Below are positions 37,401 through 49,754 of a stretch of 64,000 nucleotides of DNA, one piece after another. The DNA is taken from assembly GCA_964187785.1 (NCBI GenBank), contig OZ076409.1, positions 48,114,001-48,178,000 of the forward strand. Reading direction: 5' to 3'. The translations under genes and the position numbers were made by a program. The notes beneath the pieces are model-generated. The model did not search any database and had not been told where the DNA came from. It was given only the letters and a program-made list of their open reading frames with translations. Every line of letters begins with the position of its first letter. The stretch's first letter is position 1. The DNA is from Amphiscolops sp. MND2022 (lineage: Eukaryota).

Positions 37401-40400
37401 GCCGAACGCCAGCTGCGCATCCTCGAACAACGCTTGCAGAAAGACCCAACACTCAAAGAGCAATACAAGAAAACAATCGTTGACGATCTTGCCAAGGGTT
37501 ACATCGTAGAAGTACCGACAGTCGACGCCACTTTGAAAAAATGGTACCTTCCACATCATCCAGTTACCAACGTTAACAAACCAGGAAAAGTTCGTCGCGT
37601 GACAAATGCCATCAGTGTCTTCAAAGGACAGTCACTCATCAACAATTTACTTACAAGACCGGCTTTTCTTTGCAACCTAACAGGATTGATAATGCGATTT
37701 CGCCAACATTCAGTCGCAATATCCGCCGACATTGAGGCCATGTTTATGCTAGTGCTTGTGGACCCTAAAGACCGACAGTATCTACGTTTTTTATGGAGTA
37801 ACGACTCGAAGAAAATCGAATTCGAGTACACCAGGCATATTTTCGGGGCAACAGACTCCCCTTGCGTTGCCTGCTATGCCGTCCGCAAATGCGCCAAGGA
37901 CAATGAAGCTGTTTATCCTGGTCTGCCCGCAATTTTGCAGCGGAACATTTATATGGATGATTTGTATGTCAGCCTCACATCAGAAGAAGACACCACAGAT
38001 ACAGCTCGGAAACTTCGGGAAGTTTTAGCATCAGGAGGTTTCAACCTAACCAAATGGAGCTCGAACAGCCGTAAGTTCCTAGCAGGTTTGAGCCCCGAAC
38101 TACGAGCAACTGGAGCCAATCACGACGATAAATTGACACTGCAGCGGGTCCTTGGTTTGCCATGGGACCCAGAGAAAGACACGTATCTCATCCAACTCGA
38201 AAGCTACCGTAAAGCCAAGGACATTCGAATACCAACTCAACGCCATCTGCTGAAATTTACTTCTTCTATATTCGATCCCTTAGGGATCACAGCACCGTTA
38301 ATCATTCGTTTGCGATATATTATGCAGCTTGCTTGGAGCACCGGACAACAATGGGACAAACCTATTCCAGAAGATCAACTCGCAGAATTCCAACAGTGGA
38401 CCGATGAAATTGACCATCTCGAGAATATTCAACTACCTCGACAGCTGCATAATTACCGAAGTCAGCCCGAACATCATGAACTTCGTGTTTTCTCCGATGC
38501 GTCCGAGAAAGCATTCGCCGCAGTTGCCTACCTGCGTACAACTCACGACGACAGTCACGTCAGCATCACTTTTTTAATCGGAAAAGCAAGAGGCGCCCCA
38601 ATGAAACGACTCACAATTCCGAACTTAGAACTTCAAGCAGCCACATTAGGAAGCCGCCTTGCTACCTACATCAAAGAAGAACTCGACCTCCACATAGCTC
38701 GGACATTCATGTGGACGGACAGTACAACCGTTTTACACTGGATCAACGCCTCTAATCAAAGACACAGGATTTTCGTAGCGAACCGCTTGAATATTATTTT
38801 CGACTCGACAGAAGCTTCAGATTGGCGATACGTTCCAACTATCGAAAATCTCGCAGATGATGGAACAAGAGGATATCAAGCTAACCAGATGAATGCCACT
38901 TCACGTTGGATTCAAGGACCCTCATTTCTACAGAAAAAAGAACAGTTTTGGCCAACACAGCCTCCAATTTCTCAACAAGTTGCTATGTTTCATGCCGACG
39001 CACCACCTGACTGCAGCACTAGCCCTCCTTTTGACATTACCCGCTTCAGTAATTGGAACCGTCTAATCAGGACCGTTGCTTTCTGTTTCCTCGTTGCCGA
39101 CAAAGCCAAAAACAGTCAAGCCTCCCTTACTTTGGAACATGTTATCAAAGCATTCAAGTTCCTCATCAAGAATGCTCAGCAGCAGTCCTTCTCCAAAGAA
39201 ATAAACGAGCTTTTGCAGAAGAAATCCCTATCTAACAAGTCTAGGATTGTACAACTCAGTCCCTTCATCGACGACCATGGCTTCTTCCGTTCTCGTGGCC
39301 GCCTTGGAAAGGCCTCGATAATTCTTTGTAGCCGATACCCAGTCATCTTGGATGCTGAGAACCCTTCGATCCACCTCTACTTGAAACACGTTCACGACAC
39401 CAATGGACATTGTGGACTCGAGTTCAGCCGTGCCCTGATTCAACAACAATTTTGGATTCTGAAAGCCCGGAAAGTGTTACGACGAATCATCCGACATTGT
39501 ATCACCTGCCGCAGACAGCAACAAGATGTTATCCAGCCAATAATGGCTGATTTGCCGAAAGAAAGGCTCCCTTCTACAATCAATTATCCCTTCCGCACCA
39601 CTGGAATTGATTACATGGGACCGTTCTTCATTAAAACTCCACGTGCCGAAAAACGGTACGTCCTTTTCTTTACCTGCCTCGTTACAAGAGCTGTTCACAT
39701 CGAAGTTACTGCAAAATTAAACACAGACGACACAATTCTAGCCATTCGACGATTCATTTGCCGCAGAGGCCAGCCTCAGTCTGTCAGATCCGACAACGCA
39801 ACTACATTTGTCTCTGCCAACAAAGACCTAAAAGCTGCTTTGAAGAAACTTGAATTAGCGTCACCAGAGATTTCAGCTCGTCTTGGACTCCAACATATCG
39901 CCTGGTATTTCAACCCACCCGCTGCTCCTCATTTTGGGGGCGCATGGGAGCGGTTGATCCGCTCTTTCAAAGACACCTTCTACAAAATTGTTGGATCAAG
40001 AACCCTTCAAGAACCGACGCTACACACCTTTGCCTGTGAAGTTGAGGCTATCATGAACAACGGCCCACTTCTCCACGTTTCTTCAGACGTCACCGACATG
40101 GAGCCTTTACTCCAAATCATATTTTACTTGGTAGACCTCAGCCAGTTGTACCAATAGGTATCTTTGACCAAGACGCAGACGCCTACACCTGGAAGAAAGC
40201 CCAAGTTCTGGCCGACAATTTTTGGTCCAGGTTCATCAAAGAGTACCTCTCCACACTTCAACGAAGAACCAAGTGGACAAAAAACTCAGAAGATTTAAAT
40301 CCTGGAGATTTAGTCTGGATTTTAGAAGACTTCACAGCCCGTGGAATATGGCCCGCTGGAAGAGTTAAATCCGTCACTAGAGGAACTGACAATGTAGCCC

Positions 40401-40936
40401 GCTCATGTGACCTCGCCACATCTTTTGGAATTATAAAAAGACCTGCAGTGAAACTTTCGAAACTCTTCATTTGTGACCGCGACTAACCCAGACCATCTCA
40501 AACTTCATGACTTGCAAACTCTGGTAGTTTATTTGCCTCCTGCAAATGGGGCCGGCCATGTCATGCTTTTCTCGGACTTTTATAACAATGAAATTGACTG
40601 ATGAATCACGCCATTGATGAATCATTATTGCCTTTGATGTCACTCAATCCAAATAATTGACAATTTAATCCCGCAAAATGGATTTTCAACTGGAGATGTT
40701 TCGACAAGGAATTTTCAAGGTTATGTTTTGTTTCCATGCCCTTCATAGTCAACCCTTTATGTGAACTGTTACATTGAATTAAGCCTAAGTCTTAGACCGC
40801 TTTCTTGAACATTCAATATGAAATATTACTAGATCTTTTACTAAGTAACGCCTTTCATTTCCGGTATTTGGAGACTGCCTTGAGACATACAGGTAAAAGT
40901 AGTCTTTCTCTAAACTTTCTTCAACTACTATACACA
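34494..40936 (+). mobile_element. BEL/Pao LTR retrotransposon inserted in Polinton 1
   Basis: LTRs at 34494-34885 and 40559-40936 (TG..CA); 5-bp TSD ACACT (34489-34493, 40937-40941); PBS TGGCGCCCC at 34892. Confidence 0.97.
35043..40486 (+). pseudogene. pol: BEL/Pao gag-pol polyprotein (in-frame stop at 36855-36857, frameshift near 40108)
   Basis: Gag FNGDPLLW...; knuckles CFNCLGPHAFKDC and CRIEGCHRRHH; protease LLDSGS; RT YLPHH / ADIEAMF / YMDD; RNase H FSDASE; integrase GIDYMGP / SDNAT / WERLI. Confidence 0.95.
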
Positions 40937-41425
40937 ACACTTATTATCATTATCATTATTATTCTTATTATGTGTGGGAACCTGCGTGAAGCTACGCGAA
41001 TGCCCTTGTGAAAACCCTTGGGGATGTAAGCCACGCGCAGCTTCACTCCCAGTATGTGCGAAGCTACGCAAATAGCCTTGCGAATACTCATGTGTGGGAA
41101 CCTGTGCGGGAACCTGCGCGAAGCTACGCGAATAGCCCTGCGAATACCCCTGTGCGGGAACCTGTGCGAAGCTATGCTGATACAAGTGTTGTTTCTTAAT
41201 GTGGGATCTTAAATATCTCTTATTTAATTCCTTATTACAAAATTCACTTGTCACCTTTTTATTAAAACATTCTTTACAAGTACTGTACAGTTTACCCTTT
41301 TTGTATGAATAGAAGTCCATCTTCATCTCATTACAAACTTTACATCTTTTTTTACTAGAGCAATCATCACACATATTACTCTCACTACTTTCATTACAAA
41401 TTAAACATCTTGTATATGTACTCAT
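40937..41425 (-). pseudogene. N-terminal zinc-finger and repeat region of ATPase 1
   Basis: CxxC pairs and a C2H2-like FCNK...HIKKQH, then GYSRSFAQVPAQ repeats. Joins in frame across the TSD: ...DNDNKC|KRTLIIGPSFCCKT. Confidence 0.8.
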
Positions 41426-41866
41426 TTACTTAGTAAAAAGTCACTAATAATCACTAAGCATTCACTATGTAATCACTCAGTATCAATATGTAATCACTAA
41501 GCAAGTTTCACTAAATCACTATGTATTCACTATACAATCACTAAGAGCATTTATTTCTCTAAGATAAAAGAGTATAGTGAAATTTAGAGAAAACAAATGC
41601 TCTTAGTAATGCTTAGTGATTGTATAGTGTTTCTTAGTGAAAAATCACTAATTACTCAGATATCTAAGAATCACTAAATAATCACTAAATAATCACAAAT
41701 TACTCAAGAAATCACTAAGGTCGCACTAGACATTATTTAGCTAATTTTTAGTAAAAACTTTTTGCATGATCATATATAATTTTCTTAAAGTCCTCTTTAA
41801 CTGAATCACTAATTAGTGGTTGTTGCATACGCTCAACGTAGTTGTCTATTTTGGATTCTTTCACTT

Positions 41867-42881
41867 TTATTTTATTTTGTTTACAATAATATACATGATA
41901 AAAGCTATGTTGTATGATGTTATTTCAATTGTCTGGTTAGACATCTCCTCTAAAAAAACCTTGAGTTTGTTATACTCATCACCAGTGAAAAAATAACTTT
42001 CATATGCAACGTAATCCTCTGGACCCCACTTATTCTGTTTGCTAGAATCATAAATTAAATTGTACTTGTGGTTTATTACCTTGTACTTCTGACATCTTGT
42101 GTCAAATTCAATATTACCAAATTCTAACTGATCGCGGAAGTATTTCCACCTAAGAAGGAAACCAGGATCTTTAATTGAATAAGTTTGTACAATCGACTCG
42201 AAAAAGTTATCTGGGTTATTTATTGTTAAGTATATTTTGAAACAATTTTCTCTTACAACTGGGAGAACATCCTTTGCATAGCGAGCGAGATAAATTACTA
42301 CTATACCATGATGTCCACCAAACCTAAATAAATCCTCCACTTTTGTTTTGAGACTCTTGTATGCACCTGCATCATCCACTATTACCGTTTTATTAGCAAG
42401 TGATTCAATACCTATTTTTTCTAACTGTAACAAGGGTACAAAGTTGGAAGCAGGAAACTTTTTTTCATCTCGTCCAAATACTACATAACTTCGTTGAATC
42501 TGTGTTAAAAAATGCTTGAGGAAAGATGTCTTCCCTGACGCACTACTTCCATAAATTAGCATATGACAGTTTGTATGCGTATTACTGACTGGTTGAGTTA
42601 GTTGCAAAACAGCGCCATGTTCTTGTGAAGCTCCACCTTCTTTGTTTGTAAGATGAGAGTATTTGAACCCTTCAAATTGTAATAGTTTTCTATATATTTT
42701 TTTTGGTACCATTTAGGGCGAATATAACGCCAATATATTATGAATATAATTACTATTATAATTATACAAATAATAAAAAATATTGCGTAGCTTTGCGGAT
42801 TAAATTTCCGTAACCAACTGGCACGTTCGGTAGTGCGCCAGCATTCGCCTTGTGAGAACATCTGTAATAATTATCCTTCAT
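41867..42881 (-). pseudogene. Packaging-type ATPase 2 with N-terminal transmembrane segment (frameshifted)
   Basis: Walker A GSSASGKT, Walker B IVDDAG, RFGGHHG, VRENC. Hydrophobic IFFIICIIIIVIIFIIYW upstream, which is contiguous with the ATPase in element 2. Confidence 0.8.
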
Positions 42882-42914
42882 TTATTTACAAACAATTGTA
42901 TAATACTATAATAA

Positions 42915-43811
42915 ATGAATCAAAATAAGAAAAAAATCGCTAAAGCAATCACTAAATAAATATTCTCTCCTGTAATCAAACAGTTTCGAAGAAATCAAAT
43001 AAAACACACACAAAAAATTGAGTGTTGGAGTTTTGATTTAATTGATCGCTCAAGTTTAAGCAAATACAACAAAAACTACAAGTTTATTTTCACAATAATT
43101 GACAATCATACTAAATATGCATGGGCGATTACCCTCAAAGATAAATCAGGAAAAAGTACCACAACTGCATTCAAGAAACTAATAGAAATTAGTAAGAGAA
43201 AACCACAAAAAGTGTGGAGTGATAGAGGTAAACAGTTTTACAACCAGACATTTGTACACTATTTAAACGAGCAAAATATTCAAATTTATTCAACCAATTC
43301 AGATTTGAAGGCTGTTTTTGTTGAACGCTTCAATAGAAAACTTTTGGACTTAATTAAAAAACCAATGTATATTGAAGGTAAAGGTAACTGGTTGAATCAC
43401 ATTAATAATGCTTTGGATAAGTGTAACAATCGTGTCCATGGTACAACAAAAATGATACCTTTTGAAATTAGTTTTAATAAACCAATACTTCGAAGCTACG
43501 CCAATCTGATTCCCAATAATGATAATAATAATCAAAACAATAAATTCTCCAAGTTCCAAGTGGGGAATTTTGTAAAAGTTCCTGACAAACGCAGTGTGTA
43601 TAGTGAAGGTTATACAACAAATTGGAACTGAGAACTTTTCAAAATACACAAAGTTAATTCAACGAACCCAGTAACATACACTTTGGAAGATGAAAACAAA
43701 GAAATTATTCAAGGAAAGTACTATGAACAAGAACTTTTAAGAAGTATATTCAACTTTGCCTCTAACATTAAAACGTTAGAAAGTATTAATTTTTTCCACC
43801 AAAATGAGTAA
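42915..43811 (+). pseudogene. Retroviral-like (rve) integrase of Polinton 1 (frameshifts and stops)
   Basis: WS.DLID...IDNHTKYAW...WSDRGKQF...KAVFVERFNR DDE core; colinear with 62213-63068. Confidence 0.9.
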
Positions 43812-43825
43812 TTTTTTTATTGTAA

Positions 43826-45050
43826 ATGGGCGCAGCTTCGCAATCAGATGATATGTTTTCTTTAAAAAGTAAATACACACTCAAAAAATTGATTTTATAA
43901 AGTACTCACCGAGTAGTTTGAGGACAATCAATAATAATAATTCCAATATTTCAATCAGTTTGCCAAGAGAAGATGCATACATATGTTTGCAACACTCATT
44001 CATAAGTGTAGAGTTAGAATTTCCTAAAAATGATGATACAAGATTTAATGACGGCGATGCAAAAAGCTTGGTTAACTTTGCGCCTGTTGCTTTATTTAGT
44101 GAAGCTAAACTGACAACAAGTTCGGGCAAGCATTTGGAAAAAATCGACAATTTGACCCAATTAGTTGAATGTATAAACTTCTGACAAGTACTCAACAAAC
44201 TTCTCAATTGATGTATGGGTTTGAAGAAAGTACTGCTATCAGAAGACAAGAACTGACAAACAATAAGACAGAGAAAGGAACCTTCTTTGCAAGAATAAAA
44301 CTAAAAGACTTGTTTGGATTTGCTGATCAAGAAAAAATAAGTTATGGATTGGGCTACACTCTTACTTTAAAACGGAACACTAACATAGACGCGATTTTAA
44401 GGGGTAATGCAGTGGATGCTGCAAAAGTAGTTGTAAAAGACATAAGTTGGTATGTTCCACACTATGTACCAATTTTAGAAAACCAGCAACTTGTCTTTAA
44501 TCAAATAATAAATAAAGACCCAACCGAGTTGAATTACACAGAGAGAAGTGTCTTTAGAAAAGATGTTAACACCAATAACTATTGGACATTTGAGTTAGGT
44601 AATAGTGGTGGTGAAGCTGCACAATCAACACCAACTTTTCTAATTGTTGGATTTCAAGCACACGACAATGCAATATTTGATCGACTTCCAATTTCAAATG
44701 CTGTTTGTAAAATAGGATTAGAAAAGTATCCCGATGATGGAATAGAATGTGATTACGACCGCGACAAATATGATCAAGCATACAGTGAAATTGAAAACTT
44801 TTATCACTTGAAAAGTGAAACTAACCTACTCAACCCATTTATTGATTTTCACAAATTCAGAAGAAAATATGGTTTTTATGTATTTGACCTAAGCAAACAA
44901 AATGACCACATTGCTTCTCAACCAATCAGATTAGAGTTTAAATATAATGCTGCTATTGATGTAGCAGACTACATAGCTTACGCGTTAATTCTAACCCCAA
45001 AACTAATAAGTATTAGTAGTGATGGACAAAAGCATTTTGATTTAATATGA
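43826..45050 (+). pseudogene. Double jelly-roll major capsid protein (hexon), frameshifted
   Basis: WYVPHY, FDRLPISNAVCKIG..KYP, AYSEIENFY, YVFDLSKQ...LEFK...AYALIL: Polinton-type MCP motifs. Confidence 0.8.
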
Positions 45051-45092
45051 GAAACCAATTTATTATAATGGTTATGAATATATAATTTATAA

Positions 45093-48000
45093 CTATAAAA
45101 GATGTGCCCGATCACTTATCAGATTTAAAAGCTGTTGATGGTTTATATTTTTTTTCAGAGTCCAAATGTTACAGTATATTTCATCATCCGTTTTATTTGT
45201 GGTAAATCCTTTATAATACAAACCAAATAATTTCAAACAATATATACAGGGAAAATCGCCTTTCTGGGTGTGTTTGTCCCATGATAAACTTTGTATTGGA
45301 TTTAAGTACAGTCTTTTGTCATTAAAAGGATTCAAATCTAGTTTATTTTGCTTCTGAACAGTTAAATTGTGAGCATCTGAATGGATAGAAAAATTAGTTG
45401 CAGTTGTTGTTTCAGAATTAAATAATGAATTTATAAATTGTGTGTAGGGTGGTGTATGTTGTATTCCTTTTTGTTTTGACGTCTGAACTGTCTTTTGCGT
45501 TACCTTTTGCGTTAGCTTTTGCGTTGCCCCATAGCTAAAAGAATATGAATTAGATGTCAAAGCTTAGAAGTTGTCTAATTCAATAATTGGTGATGTTTCT
45601 ATTTCTATTTTACCTATAACTTTCTTGTTAATAGTATCATACAACTCATGATTTTCATCGAGCTCGCTAAAATCAAAATCATTTTTAAAATAACCCAAGT
45701 CTTTTATCAGGTCTCCAGTTTTAAATCTTAGAATGATTGAGTCTGTATCCATATAATGCAGTTCGACATTATTATTGTAGTATGGTTGTAGCTTGTGATA
45801 ATAAAACTCATACATTAACAATTTACTCAGTTCTAAAACAGGGAATCTCATGTAAATTGGTTTATCAAAGACTGTCTTTTCTTTATCAAACTTGTATAAG
45901 CTAAACGTGGAGTAGTGCATGTTTATTCCTTAGAAGCTTAACTTCGATTGTCTTTTTATTATTTGATCAATATTGGTGTGGGGTATAATCTTTAAATTTA
46001 CTCTTTCTCTTACATTTTCCAAAGTCTTACCAAAGAAAGCATTGTTCATAAGCTTGTAGAGATCTTTTTCAAAGTTGGTTTTTGCTTTGGTGCGTTTTTG
46101 GGTGTTATGATCAATTTATTGTTCTAACCAAAGTGATTGTTTGAATCTCCAAAGTGAGTGTATCTTTGTTACTTTCATTCCCATTATAATGTAAAACTTG
46201 AACATCCTGTAGTGTATCATATATTTTTGTATGTTTGTTAGGTCACACAAAAAATTCTCGGTTGGTTTGTAGTTGGATTGTTTTACACTGTTCATATAAC
46301 CTGAGAATAAGTCTGGATCTGCGTTTGTTTGATAAGGACAAAGTGGAAAGTTTTCGGTTTTTTCTTTAATTTCTGCTGGATATTCTAAATCACATTCTAT
46401 AAAGTAGCCATATTCATTATCATCTGGTGTATTCAAAATTTCTTCTTTAATTTCATCTATTAGTAATTCATCACATTCATAGTCTTCATCACAACCGAAC
46501 TTTATCTTTTTAAAGTCTCCAGTTGGAAGGTATTGATTCATTGCCCATCCATAAAGATTATTTGCATCAATGTATAACAGTTTCGTATTTTCATCTGATT
46601 CAATGTAACGAGGTCCCATTACACTTGAAATTCCTCCACGAATACTATTTTCAATGAGTAATAGTAGGTCTTCATCTTTTATGAAATCTTTATATTTGAA
46701 CATAATCTTTATATTTTTATATATATGAAAAACTTTATATTAGTAAGTTTTAAACCAGCTTTCCAAGTGTAACCAGGTAGAGAATAGGAGTACAAAGGAT
46801 TGCAGCTGTATTCAAGTGTAGCCTTCTCAACAAAGATTTCGAATACATCAGCTAATTGTAGAACATCCATTTTTGAAAATATCATAGTTAATTCTTGTCC
46901 GTTCTTTACGTTCAACTTTTTTAGTAATTTCTTTTGTTCGGTTAATTTCTTCATCTGGTGGAGTTGTTTGTTTTAGTGTTGACGAGAAGTCTTCTTTCGT
47001 TAGATCCAATGGTTTCCAGATATTATTAAGATTAAAATATTCGTAAGGATAAGCCAATTTCTTTTTGAATATTTCATCCGTAAATCCATTTTCATCCATT
47101 ATTGAAAAACTGTTTATACTCTTAACTAATTTATCCAAATTGGTGCTCAGAAAACGGTATGGGTCTAAAAGCTTTAAACAACCTTCTTCCACACTCACAT
47201 AATTTTCCATTGACTTAGGAATTAATTTTGGTTCATACCCAAAATAATAAGTTTGTGTTAAGAGTTCTTCAAATATAATAAGACAATCATACCCACTGAA
47301 ATTTTGGAAAAATATGGGAACAAACGAACTTGACTTTTTTTACTATTCAAATTACACCTGTTGTGAGCTGCTCCTCGGTACTTGCCTGTAAGATGATCAT
47401 GATCTCGAACTTTATCATCACCGAGTGTGGCTCCACAAAGCCAACACACTTTGGATTGTTGAAATGATTCTCCTTCTCGAAGAGTTATTTCTAATTCTAA
47501 TTTTGTTTCAAAATAATTACTAGCAATGTTTTCTAAAGTCAACATTTCATTTACAAACCATTCAACACAATCTACTCCAAAGTATGAGTAGTACTCGTTC
47601 CCGAATGGTGCTCCAAATGGTGAAATTAGATAAAAGCCTACTGCAATTGGAACTTGTTTAAATAATACTTTGAACGCAGCTTCGCGGTCATCTGTTGGTT
47701 GATTAATACATTCAAAATCTGCGTAGACTCTTATTGGTACAGGAACTTTCATATGATAATCTTCGAACTTAAAGTGATCCTTCCAACTGAATGTGATATT
47801 AGTTGGTTGCTGTTTTTGACAATGGTCAAGAGGTTGATGGAGAATATCCCCAGAACTAAATGCAGTTAGACAGCTTCTACACACCCATTTCATGTGCGAA
47901 TCCTTATTTATTAGACAATGCAATTTTGTTATTAGGCAATAATGATTTTCAAATAGCAACAAGTCAATATGTGGTTGTAAATAATTTTTGTTGATATGAA

Positions 48001-49020
48001 TTGGTGTTAGCGCAGAGCTTCGCACACTATTTGTGAGTTCAAAAACATTTACGTTTAAATCATTCAAGTTTTCGAACATGGGAATGTCTTTAACTTTCAT
48101 AGGGAATTCTAAACCTCCTAGGTTGAGTTTATTGAAGTGCATTGAATAACTTGATGTTCTATTTTCATGATCCTCAACGGGACAAATGTGTGCTAGGATG
48201 CACCATAGAAAACATAATTGATCATCACTTTTTATGTTTATAATTGATTTGTTATTCTTATATTTTTTTGGCAACTCAACCCACGAAGAAGCTTGAAAAT
48301 CATTGATTTTATATGTTTCTAATATAACATTGACAATACCGTTTAACACAAAACCTGATCCTTCTAATTGTTCATCATCTAATTTCTGTATTAATGTGTT
48401 ATGAATTGTATAATTTGTGTCGAAGGTGCTTTGTATGTGATTGTAATTAAAATCTCATTTAATTAACCCATTTATGAAATACAATTTCTTCTGCGAAGCC
48501 CTGCACATTAACTATTTTTGAAAACTTGGCTAAATAACTCAATTGATATTTATATCGGGAAAAGTATTTTTTATTTAGTAGTTCATTTATGTGATGTTCG
48601 AGATCTTGTGTGCCAGTTGGATTTACTCTCAGTTTAATGTATGTTTTTTCATTCACAATTACTTCTACTCCATGCAGCGAAGCGAAGCTGTATTACCGAA
48701 GGCATTTTGCGTAGCTTCGCGATAGCTTTCGCGATAGCTTTCGTGGTTGTTTTGACTTCTTAACGTGTGGATTTCACTTTGGAAATGTCTTGTTTTATCA
48801 CTAATGTATTTACCACAATCTTCACACCAAACTTACTGCTGTTTAGTTTTGTTCTTGTGTTGGTCAAAATTTAAATGATTTAACTTATCTGATGGGGGCA
48901 TGAATTTATTACATTTTTACAATAATTTTGATTTAATTTTTCTAAATGTTTTACTGATTTCAGATGATCAGACTTGAAAGCTTTTTTATAATCAGAATTA
49001 CAGATACTACAGATATTTAT
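45093..49020 (-). pseudogene. polB: Protein-primed family B DNA polymerase with N-terminal zinc fingers and an endonuclease VII-like insert (fragmented)
   Basis: YIDANNLYG, KLMNNAFFGK, YMDTDS and FNDKR motifs; YADFE exonuclease motif; CWLC...RDHDHLTGKYRGAAHNRCN; N-terminal CSIC...HLKSVKH fingers. Confidence 0.93.
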
Positions 49021-49124
49021 AATAAATTTACGAACTTAATAGCAGTATATTTTTCAATAGTATCTTTTCAATTATTGAGTGTTTATTTTTATTTTATTTT
49101 TTATGTTAAAATTGAATAAATTAA

Positions 49125-49751
49125 CTATAAAAAATTGTGTGATTTAAGTGGTATTGTTGGTGGTGTGTGGGAAGCTACGCGTGAAGTTGTGTGGGTGCGT
49201 GATTTTGTATGTGATTTTGTGTGTGAAGCTACGTGCGAAGCAACGCGATAATTTTCATACATATTCGCAAATCGGTCATATTCTTTTTCATCTATGTGAT
49301 TATCTTTTAGGCTAGTGGTAAGTAATTGTGTAAAGTCGTCAAGTGTCTTCTGAATAATAGTGTACTTAATTTTATAATTTTGCTCCTTTTTCTTCAAATA
49401 ACTGCAACAAATTTTAACAAGAATACCAGTTGCACAACCAATTCCTGCAGTGATTGGAACAACTATAATGCCCACACCAGTAATACTTAGTGTAACTGAT
49501 GCTGAAGTTGTTCCTATTATTATGAGACCATCTCTCGAGTTTATTAAGTTATTTATTAGCTTGTATTTGGTGTATTTTTTCTTGTATTTCGTTTCTTCTA
49601 ATTCATAAAATTTCATCATTAGACTAATGATTTGAATAGAATTATTGAAACTAGATACTTTTTGTAATTCGCTTTGCATTCGCCTATTTATCATTGATTC
49701 TACATCATATGGTGCGGAGGGGGTCATTGAGGGATAGAGTTTTTGTTCCAT
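49125..49751 (-). CDS. Putative membrane protein, 208 aa, intact
   Basis: Long hydrophobic, Gly-rich stretch LIIIGTTSASVTLSITGVGIIVVPITAGIGCATGILVKIC flanked by basic helices. Homolog in element 2. Confidence 0.7.
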   Translation of the reverse strand: MEQKLYPSMTPSAPYDVESMINRRMQSELQKVSSFNNSIQIISLMMKFYELEETKYKKKYTKYKLINNLINSRDGLIIIGTTSASVTLSITGVGIIVVPITAGIGCATGILVKICCSYLKKKEQNYKIKYTIIQKTLDDFTQLLTTSLKDNHIDEKEYDRFANMYENYRVASHVASHTKSHTKSRTHTTSRVASHTPPTIPLKSHNFL

Positions 49752-49754
49752 TTA

